A DNA stretch of 13,551 nucleotides from a virus. Below the pieces are notes generated by a model, which saw only the letters and a program-made list of their open reading frames with translations, was not told the origin of the DNA and searched no databases. The stretch lies in the IMG/VR virus record IMGVR_UViG_3300012949_000081, one strand, 5' to 3'. Shown in pieces: positions 7,549-13,499 of this stretch; the stretch's first letter is position 1, and each line of letters opens with the position of its first letter. The position numbers were made by a program, and so were the translations under genes.

Positions 7549-7577
7549 ATTATAGCATACTTTAATGTTTACGTCAA
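7549..7577 (-). promoter_or_regulatory. Near-consensus promoter of the head operon with the conserved box (7559-7573) in its spacer
   Basis: Minus strand reads TTGACG (7577-7572), exactly 17 nt, then TATAAT (7554-7549). The spacer contains GTAAACATTAAAGT. A second TATAAT at 7587-7582 lies 9 nt upstream of the box, the same spacing as at 110-115 versus 87-101. Confidence 0.6.
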
Positions 7578-7624
7578 GTTTATTATATGATTATCAGAAT
7601 TACTTTGTTTATTGTTTTTACTTG

Positions 7625-7651
7625 GTAAACATAGTAATAAAAATAAACGCA
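7625..7651. repeat. Three tandem 9-bp units gtaaacata / gtaataaaa / ataaacgca
   Basis: Same core and phase as 1033-1059 (shared AAACATAGTAA). Partly overlaps the terminator U-tract. Confidence 0.4.
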
Positions 7652-7671
7652 AGGCGTCTTTATGCCCTGCG
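7634..7671 (-). terminator. Rho-independent terminator
   Basis: Minus-strand hairpin CGCAGGGC-ATAAAGAC-GCCTTGCG (7671-7648, one G-U pair), followed by TTTATTTTTATT. Confidence 0.6.
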
Positions 7672-7725
7672 TTCCTGTTTTGAATTTCACATATCTTATC
7701 TTGTGTTAAACTGGCTAATATGCCG
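7640..7725 (-). ncRNA. Candidate small RNA of about 85 nt (orphan promoter to terminator)
   Basis: An extended -10 promoter at 7732-7740 fires toward the terminator at 7634-7671. There is no RBS-preceded ORF between them. Confidence 0.3.
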
Positions 7726-7731
7726 CAATCC

Positions 7732-7764
7732 ATTATAACATAGGCTTTTTAACAATTTTGTTAA
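7732..7764 (-). promoter_or_regulatory. Extended -10 promoter (TGTTATAAT) with an upstream 16-bp palindrome
   Basis: Minus strand reads TGTTATAAT (7740-7732). The palindrome TTAACAA-nn-TTGTTAA at 7749-7764 covers the -35 region. No good -35 hexamer. Confidence 0.35.
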
Positions 7765-7785
7765 AATGGGTTTAACATACCCCCA

Positions 7786-8325
7786 TTATGTTAAATTGAG
7801 ATTTTTTAATTTATCCTCATGCGTTCTTATAGCGTTCCGTATCCTCTCCTTTGCCCCTGGCTCTTTCTCTTTCTCATAAGCCGCCTTAAGTCTGTTTAAC
7901 CGCTCCTGTACTTCGTTGCGTTCAATCTCTATGGCCGCCGGTTCTCCTAAAACGCCGTAAATGGTCTGTAAATTCGCCTTATTTGCCTCATAAAAGAGCT
8001 TATCCCCGGTCATAAGGCTTATACATTCAATAGCCTTCAATAAGAGCTTATAAATGGGTTCTCCGGCCTGTACGCCCTTATTTATATCTGCTCTTAATTG
8101 CCCCGCTTTCTTTATATTGTCCTGTTGTTCTTTATAGGTTGCCGTTAAACGCTCTAAAAGGCCTTCTATGACGTCATTTTTATTCGTTAATGTTTTTATA
8201 TTACCCCTTGCCTTTTCGTCGCTTGTAGGCCGTTTTTGCACGTCATTTTTAAGCAACTTTTCAATTTCTGCCTGTGTTGCCTGGTTCTGCTCTATTGCGT
8301 ACCGCTTTAACGCTTCTAAAGCCAT
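7786..8325 (-). CDS. Hypothetical 179-aa, predominantly helical/coiled-coil protein
   Basis: ORF on the coding strand. RBS AAGGAAG overlaps the primase-helicase stop. Charged, heptad-like composition with no recognised motif. Confidence 0.6.
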   Translation of the reverse strand: MALEALKRYAIEQNQATQAEIEKLLKNDVQKRPTSDEKARGNIKTLTNKNDVIEGLLERLTATYKEQQDNIKKAGQLRADINKGVQAGEPIYKLLLKAIECISLMTGDKLFYEANKANLQTIYGVLGEPAAIEIERNEVQERLNRLKAAYEKEKEPGAKERIRNAIRTHEDKLKNLNLT

Positions 8326-8329
8326 CTAA

Positions 8330-10246
8330 TCACTTCCTTTTACCGTTGCCTTTGGGAATGTCGAAATCCTCGGCAACTTTATAAAGGTTATCTGGCTCAA
8401 ACAAGTCAAAGCGCGGGTCATACTTAAATCCACACGAATAAGAGCTTATGCCGTACCGGTTTTTAAGGCATACAAGTTCAATTTCTCGCGGTATGGCTTT
8501 CTTTGCCTGGCGTACTTTCTCCCGTTTCTCTTTTATTTTCTTCTCCTGGTTGAATAGGTCGTCATTAAGTATTTGCAGCTGCAAACCCCAAACAACGTCG
8601 GCCGTATATTCAATACCGCCGCTTTCCTTAAAGCTCTCAAAGTCAATAGGTGTTAAATAATTCTGCCGGTTTATGCTGCTTACAACGAATAAAACTAAAT
8701 CATTCTCGCTTTGCAGCTTTTTAAGCCCTCTTATAATGTTGTCTATTTTTTCTTTATCGGTCTGGCGCGGATCCGTCGGCGGTATAATCTGCAAATAGTC
8801 AACTATAACAACCGGCTTTACTTTGAAGGCTTCTATATAGGCTTTTGTGTACTCAATAATAGAATAAACATTGACGTCAAAGTTACATTCAATAATGCTG
8901 ATATGGTCGGCTATCTTGTTATATTCTTCGGCGGCTGCTATTACTTCCGGGGTAAGTTTGCCGCCCCTTATTTTAATGGCGCTTACGGCCTTGTCCTTGT
9001 TCATTTTGGCCGTTATCCTGCTTAAGCTCTTGGTTACCATTTCAAGCCTGCTCTGCTCCAGGCTGAAAAATAATACATGGTCGCCCATAGCCGCCAACTG
9101 GTCGCCAATCTGATGAACAAAGGTTGTTTTTCCTAAACTGCTTATTGCACCCACAACATACAGGCCTGGATATAAGCCGCCGGTTAATTCGTCCAGGTTA
9201 TCAAAGCCGGTTTTGCGGTCTTTGAAGCTCTTAAACTTCTCAATGTCCTTTATGAAAACATCTTCTAAATACTGGCTTACAATGTTTTTGCTAAAATCTA
9301 TTTGCGGCGTCTGTTCATTCTGGTATAATGTTTCTGTGTTACTATTTTGTTCGGTAATACTTTTATTAACGGCTCCTTGCGTTGCTGCGCTTGGGGCTAT
9401 CCTTTCATATGGGGTAAAATTATTTAAGGCCTTTTTGATTGTCATATTGCCGTATGTATCCGGGCCATGTCTTTTATCCCATTTTTCCGGTCTGTATAAA
9501 GCTGATTGTCTGAATAACGCGTCCATTCGGTAAGCGTTGCCATTTGTCCAGTATGCTAATAAATTGCATAGTGCTAAATCTGCTTCGGACTGTGAAGGAT
9601 AGCCGCTTATATCTCCGTTCCATAACGCCCGGAATATATGGCCGTTCTTTGCACTCATGGCCTTATTTATAAGTTCGCTGTCCGATAGGTCAAGGTCGGC
9701 CGGCTGCCTTGTGGTTTTTGGCTCCTCTCTTTTCAAATATTTTTCGTGAACGGCCGCCGCCTGGGCTGTCCGCTCCTGTACTTCCTTTGGCTCCCCTAAT
9801 ACATTACCGGTCATTGTAAAAAATCGGCCTTCTGAATACATTTCAATATTTCCTTTACGCCTGTCCTTTGGCGGTATCGTGCCTTTGCAAATAATGTGTA
9901 CGCCGGTACCGCTTGGGCTGTATTCTGTGTAACTGTCCAAAGTTTTTATAATGTCCTCGGCTTCCGGTGTAAGCTTCCCATCTTTAACAACGCCGTCCAG
10001 GTCTACGCCAAAAATACCGTTTGCAAACTCAAAGCCTATGCCATCAAAGCCGTACTTGCCGACGGCCTTAACCGCCGTTTGGTAATCGCTCCAGGTTGTC
10101 GGGTCGTTTGCCTTTGCGTTATAGCCGGTTTTTGGGTCTTTCGGTATTTTGTCATATTTGCCCTTTTTCTCGTTGTACTCCAACTTAAAGCAAACCCATT
10201 GCTTAAGCTGCTTCAAGCTGGCCGGAATGTTTTTGTATTGCTCCAT
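8330..10246 (-). CDS. Bifunctional primase-polymerase (PrimPol) fused to a DnaB-like helicase domain
   Basis: N-terminal PrimPol motifs GVDLDG, SPSGTGVHIICKG and IEMYSEGRFFTMTG. Central primase C-terminal-like helical region SQSEADLALCNLLAYWT...LFRQSALYRPEKWDK. C-terminal DnaB_C-like Walker A GAISSLGKTT, then FFSLEQS, then Walker B VVIVDYLQ. Confidence 0.9.
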   Translation of the reverse strand: MEQYKNIPASLKQLKQWVCFKLEYNEKKGKYDKIPKDPKTGYNAKANDPTTWSDYQTAVKAVGKYGFDGIGFEFANGIFGVDLDGVVKDGKLTPEAEDIIKTLDSYTEYSPSGTGVHIICKGTIPPKDRRKGNIEMYSEGRFFTMTGNVLGEPKEVQERTAQAAAVHEKYLKREEPKTTRQPADLDLSDSELINKAMSAKNGHIFRALWNGDISGYPSQSEADLALCNLLAYWTNGNAYRMDALFRQSALYRPEKWDKRHGPDTYGNMTIKKALNNFTPYERIAPSAATQGAVNKSITEQNSNTETLYQNEQTPQIDFSKNIVSQYLEDVFIKDIEKFKSFKDRKTGFDNLDELTGGLYPGLYVVGAISSLGKTTFVHQIGDQLAAMGDHVLFFSLEQSRLEMVTKSLSRITAKMNKDKAVSAIKIRGGKLTPEVIAAAEEYNKIADHISIIECNFDVNVYSIIEYTKAYIEAFKVKPVVIVDYLQIIPPTDPRQTDKEKIDNIIRGLKKLQSENDLVLFVVSSINRQNYLTPIDFESFKESGGIEYTADVVWGLQLQILNDDLFNQEKKIKEKREKVRQAKKAIPREIELVCLKNRYGISSYSCGFKYDPRFDLFEPDNLYKVAEDFDIPKGNGKRK

Positions 10247-10312
10247 TTTCTCATCTCCCTTTTTGTATCCACATGGGGTATATTTCTTTATTCTTTAAGC
10301 CCATAATATTAA

Positions 10313-10349
10313 GGCGGCGCGGCGGCGTCAAACAAGCCGCTGCCGCCGC
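10313..10349. other. GC-only imperfect hairpin in the origin region
   Basis: GGCGGCGCGGCGGC, loop gtcaaacaa, GCCGCTGCCGCCGC: about 8 bp of G/C pairing with one wobble. No adjacent U-tract on either strand, so it is not a typical terminator. Confidence 0.4.
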
Positions 10350-10380
10350 TATAAAGCTTATATAGCTTATAAAGCTTATA
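10350..10380. repeat. AT-rich segment with three 9-bp phased GCTTAT units
   Basis: GCTTAT at 10356, 10365 and 10374 (ataaagctta tatagcttat aaagcttata). The core fits the G[C/T]TTA[C/T] consensus of the 847-918 array. Possible DNA-unwinding element. Confidence 0.5.
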
Positions 10381-10447
10381 CAATTTTACGGCAAACTCTG
10401 GAAGGCTTGTCTTTACTGGGTTTAATGGCATTTTTTACTCTTTTTAT

Positions 10448-10535
10448 CGTTACCACTTTCTGCCCCATGCGTTACCACTTTCTGCCCCATGCGTTACCAC
10501 TTTCTGCCCCATGCGTTACCACTTTCTGCCCCATG
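10448..10535. repeat. Four perfect tandem 22-bp iterons (cgttaccactttctgccccatg): candidate replication origin
   Basis: Identical units at 10448, 10470, 10492 and 10514. They abut the stop codon (10537-10539) of the 459-aa gene and lie upstream of the primase-helicase gene. Confidence 0.8.
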
Positions 10536-10536
10536 C

Positions 10537-11916
10537 TTATAATCTAATGGTAACACTATAAATTTCTTGGCCGCGTTTATTTTCACAATAACCGGCAATA
10601 AATTTTTCTTGCTTCCAGTAGTCTAATATCCGTCTTATTTGTTCACGTATTTTTGCTTTTTTCTTCCTTAAAGCTCCAGGACTTGCTGCTTTAATTTCAA
10701 GCTGCTTGTATAAGGTATCATACACAACGGTTTTACTCATATTGCTGTTGCTGTTTTTCATGGAAAGGATACGGCGGTATAGATAGCCTTGAAGCGTTAT
10801 GATTTCCTCTGTCTTATTGATAGGCGTATTGAGCAATTTAATATCAAACCGGCCTATCTGGTTCTTTTTGCTGGCGTATTCATATAAAACCGGCTCTCTT
10901 AAAATATGCAAACATTCAAGAACATTACCGTTTAATGTTGCTGTAACTCTTTCACCGCTTATAAGGCTTCCGTCATATTTGAAGCTTTCAAAGCCGTAAG
11001 CTTTGGCTTCCTCGCTTGCGTCAATAATGACGCGGCTATATAAGCATTTTGTTATGCTCTCACTAATAGCTTCGGCTTGTTTTTTTTCAAGGTAAGCGTC
11101 CGGGTTTCCTGTCATTACCTGGTATATCATTTGCGGCGTTATGTACTCATTGCCCCCATCAACATATAATGTTATAATGGCGTCATGTACTTCCCTATCA
11201 TAAGGGGTAAGCTCTTTACGTCCTTTTATCTGTACGGCTCCGTTAAGTTTTTCATAGTCAATGCTGGCAATGGTTGTAATCTGTTTTTTACTTTTCCTTT
11301 GGTTTTCCATTGCTAAACTATGAAGTTCAGGGCCCATAATTTGGCCGGTAAAAGCATAGTAACTTACTTTGTCTGTTGATGTTATGAAATTATCCGGGTA
11401 CTTGGTACGGACTGAATTTTCAATAATTCTTTCTAACTCTTTAGGCTCTTGTATGCTTTGCTTAAAACTGGCTGAAAACTTTTCAAGTAAGGCCGGCAAT
11501 TCTTTTTCTAAATACCGCCTAAATCTTAAGGTTTTTTCTCTGATGAATTGGCTTGAATAGTCTTTATAGTCCGGCCATACTTTGGCTTTTTGTTCGTCGG
11601 TTGCTTTCGGATCCATGAAGGCATTAACAAACTCAATATAATAATTTATCTGTTCTTCCAGTACCTTTATGGGGTTTTCCTGGAAGGCTTGCATAAACTC
11701 TTTCCATTCAGCTATTGCTTCCTCGTTTTGACGGTCTAATGCTTCCTCTGAAGGAAAGCCATCTTTTTCAAAGTAAGCTTCACGCGCTGCCGCGACTTCT
11801 GGCGTAAACATAGGCGGCGCTTTTTTCTTATAAGCTTCAAGCTCCGCTTCCATTTCTGCCGTCCAGGGGTACCGTCTGCATATATCTTTAATCTTTTTAT
11901 TCTCCACCTGCTTCAC
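10537..11916 (-). CDS. Putative iteron-binding replication initiator (459 aa); function assigned by position only
   Basis: Long ORF with a GTG start (11916, or 11907 with better RBS spacing). The C-terminal half has a winged-helix-like character (TPYDREVHDAIITLYVDGGNEYITPQMIYQVM; LRKKKAKIREQIRRILDYWKQEKFIAGY). Iterons lie immediately 3' of the gene. Confidence 0.45.
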   Translation of the reverse strand: MKQVENKKIKDICRRYPWTAEMEAELEAYKKKAPPMFTPEVAAAREAYFEKDGFPSEEALDRQNEEAIAEWKEFMQAFQENPIKVLEEQINYYIEFVNAFMDPKATDEQKAKVWPDYKDYSSQFIREKTLRFRRYLEKELPALLEKFSASFKQSIQEPKELERIIENSVRTKYPDNFITSTDKVSYYAFTGQIMGPELHSLAMENQRKSKKQITTIASIDYEKLNGAVQIKGRKELTPYDREVHDAIITLYVDGGNEYITPQMIYQVMTGNPDAYLEKKQAEAISESITKCLYSRVIIDASEEAKAYGFESFKYDGSLISGERVTATLNGNVLECLHILREPVLYEYASKKNQIGRFDIKLLNTPINKTEEIITLQGYLYRRILSMKNSNSNMSKTVVYDTLYKQLEIKAASPGALRKKKAKIREQIRRILDYWKQEKFIAGYCENKRGQEIYSVTIRL

Positions 11917-11931
11917 CTTCCTTTCACTTTT

Positions 11932-12003
11932 GTAAACACAATAAGCAATGTAAACAAGGTAACCACAGTAAACATTGTAAACTGTGTAAACATGGTAAAC
12001 ATT
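11932..12003. repeat. Eight tandem 9-bp units with [G/A]TAA[A/G/C]C core: candidate centromere/operator array
   Basis: Units: gtaaacaca, ataagcaat, gtaaacaag, gtaaccaca, gtaaacatt, gtaaactgt, gtaaacatg, gtaaacatt, starting at 11932, 11941, 11950, 11959, 11968, 11977, 11986 and 11995. Orientation is opposite to the 847-918 array. Confidence 0.85.
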
Positions 12004-12203
12004 TATTTATCCTTACCCTTGTCATTGTCAATGCCTAAAAGGTACTCTCTCATAGCTTCCTCTGTAACATACCAGCGCGTACCAAACTTACGGGCTTTTA
12101 TGCGGCCTTCTTTGAAAAACTTTCTTATGCTCTGCGGCGTCATATCAAAGATTTTGGCTATTTCCTGCACATCGTAAAATTTGATGTCGCCTATCTGCTT
12201 CAT
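12003..12203 (-). CDS. Excisionase/AlpA-type (MerR-like) helix-turn-helix DNA-binding protein
   Basis: 66 aa. YDVQEIAKIFDMTPQSIRKFFKEGRIKARKFGTRWYV matches the excisionase-family HTH pattern. The start overlaps the RHH gene stop (TAATG). Confidence 0.75.
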   Translation of the reverse strand: MKQIGDIKFYDVQEIAKIFDMTPQSIRKFFKEGRIKARKFGTRWYVTEEAMREYLLGIDNDKGKDK

Positions 12204-12535
12204 TACTTATCCTTCCTTTCTATAATCTCTTTACCGTCCAAAAACTCGGCAATCATTTTGTTTACAACGTCCTTCAAGGTTTCTCTTTCGGTGTATGCGT
12301 AATCTTTGAGTTTTTCTAATAAATCTTCTCTTACAATGAAGGTTGCGCGCGTGTAGCCTTCCCTTAAACCTTCCTGGCTTGTCTTTTCATATTCCCGGTA
12401 TATAGTGCGCGGCCTTCCCATGTTACTTCTGGGTACCTGTGGTAACCCTTGTTCCTCTTGTTGTTCCGGCTCCGGTTGTTCAAAAAACTTGCTTACCGCT
12501 TGGTCGCCTAAACCTTCAATTTTCTTCTTACTCAT
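12203..12535 (-). CDS. Ribbon-helix-helix protein, probable ParA partner (ParG/omega-like centromere binder)
   Basis: 110 aa. Disordered acidic/basic N-terminus, then a strand-helix-helix pattern RATFIVREDLLEKLKDYAYTERETLKDVVNKMIAEFL. Immediately downstream of parA. Confidence 0.65.
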   Translation of the reverse strand: MSKKKIEGLGDQAVSKFFEQPEPEQQEEQGLPQVPRSNMGRPRTIYREYEKTSQEGLREGYTRATFIVREDLLEKLKDYAYTERETLKDVVNKMIAEFLDGKEIIERKDK

Positions 12536-12540
12536 GTTTT

Positions 12541-13293
12541 TTACTTACCTCCCTTAATAATTTCAGCTGTCAAAGCATTATAGCCCGCGGCCGTCGGTGA
12601 TACTGGCGCATAGGTTAAAATATCCGTCTGATTTGCCTGGGCTTCTCTTGTCGCCACACTTGCCCTTATAAAGGTTTGAAATACTTTTGTATTCATTCGC
12701 TTTGCTGCGGCCTTTGCCGCTTTTTCAAACTCTCTGCTTAAAAGGGTTCTGTTGTTATGCTGCGTAAACAATAAGCCTTCAATTTTTAGGCCTGGGTTAC
12801 TATGACGCCTTACGGCTTCTATGGTAGAATATAATTGGCTTAACCCTTGCAGGCTTAATACGTCTGCTGATAATGGAATAATAACGCTGTCGGCAGCTGT
12901 TAAGGCGTTTATGGTTAATATCCCTAATGACGGCGGGGTATCAATCAAAACATAATCATAGCCGTTCTTAACGGCTTCTACTTTGTTCCTTAATAGCTCC
13001 GGCCGCTTAATTTCCATATCGGCACCGCTCAAAAGAATGTTGGCCGGTATAATATGGCCGCTCTTGGTTTGCTGCAAAGCGTTTTTAATGCTTACCTTGT
13101 CGTTCAATACTTCATATACTGTGGGCTTATTTACGCTATCTGCGCCGGCAATAAAAGATAAATTGCCTTGCGGATCCAGGTCAATCATTAAAACCCTATA
13201 TTCCTTATAGGTCAATGACGCGGCCACATTATGGGCTGTTGTCGTCTTGCCTACGCCGCCCTTTTGGTTGGCTATTGCTATAACCCTGGGCAT
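12541..13293 (-). CDS. parA: ParA/Soj-family partition ATPase
   Basis: Deviant Walker A IANQKGGVGKTTT at the N-terminus, then LMIDLDPQGN, then Walker B VLIDTPPSLG. 250 aa. Confidence 0.95.
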   Translation of the reverse strand: MPRVIAIANQKGGVGKTTTAHNVAASLTYKEYRVLMIDLDPQGNLSFIAGADSVNKPTVYEVLNDKVSIKNALQQTKSGHIIPANILLSGADMEIKRPELLRNKVEAVKNGYDYVLIDTPPSLGILTINALTAADSVIIPLSADVLSLQGLSQLYSTIEAVRRHSNPGLKIEGLLFTQHNNRTLLSREFEKAAKAAAKRMNTKVFQTFIRASVATREAQANQTDILTYAPVSPTAAGYNALTAEIIKGGK

Positions 13294-13334
13294 GGTTCCA
13301 CCCCTTTCTAATCTTTTTCTGTTAAAACGCCATC

Positions 13335-13499
13335 TTAATAAAAGCTGTTATATGCTTCTTCCGCTTCTTCCTCGGTTCTCATGTCCATAAAATACTTCAT
13401 GTTGCTTTCCAGCTGCTTTATGGTTTCCTTGTCCAGCTTTAAGGCTTTTGCTGCTAAAATCATGTATCCAATAGCCGCCGCGTTTGTCATACCGTCCAT
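13335..13499 (-). CDS. Hypothetical 54-aa protein, first gene of the par operon (not in the ORF track)
   Basis: My translation: MDGMTNAAAIGYMILAAKALKLDKETIKQLESNMKYFMDMRTEEEAEEAYNSFY. Strong RBS (AAAGGAGTGAAAAC-ATG). Stop TAA at 13335-13337, 41 nt upstream of the parA start. Below the track length cutoff. Confidence 0.45.
   Translation of the reverse strand: MDGMTNAAAIGYMILAAKALKLDKETIKQLESNMKYFMDMRTEEEAEEAYNSFY

Larger units (their letters stand above)
1..13430. mobile_element. Complete circular unit of a tail-less, capsid-encoding, ParA-partitioned replicon (satellite-like phage-plasmid)
   Basis: Exact 121-bp overlap between the window ends. Gene set is partition, replication and head/packaging genes only. 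No tail, lysis or integrase ORF in any frame of the ORF track. Confidence 0.7.

Noticed and set aside
7575-7731. About 54-aa minus-strand ORF starting at the ATG just after the orphan -10 (MDCGILASLTQDK...)
   Set aside because: It has no RBS, its start is essentially at the predicted transcription start, and the frame reads through a terminator hairpin and a downstream promoter.
10309-10431. 40-aa minus-strand ORF MPLNPVKTSLPEFAVKLYKLYKLYKLYSGGSGLFDAAAPP in the origin region
   Set aside because: It has no convincing RBS. The KLY repeat is simply the 9-bp GCTTAT DNA repeat read in frame, and the Gly/Ala/Pro tail is the GC hairpin. It is more likely non-coding origin DNA.
10448-10535. The 22-bp x4 repeat as a CRISPR array
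   Set aside because: The repeats are contiguous with no spacers, there are only four units, and there are no cas genes. The position next to replication genes fits iterons.
12003-12203. Excisionase-like HTH as evidence for an integrated lifestyle
   Set aside because: No integrase or recombinase ORF and no att-like flanking repeats are present. This HTH family also includes AlpA-type regulators, so a regulatory role is more consistent here.
1108-13131. 13-nt identity actgtgggcttat at 1108-1120 and about 13119-13131
   Set aside because: A single 13-mer coincidence is roughly what chance predicts in a 13-kb AT-biased sequence. One copy is inside parA coding sequence and there is no flanking similarity.
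343-13210. All plus-strand ORFs in the track (61-200 aa; e.g. 4647-5249, 4547-4987, 9896-10306, 8711-9025)
   Set aside because: Each lies entirely antisense to a longer minus-strand gene with clear homology-type motifs. They lack RBS-like sequences, have low-complexity Leu/Ser/Phe/Cys-rich translations, and break the otherwise strict single-strand organisation. I treat them as shadow ORFs.
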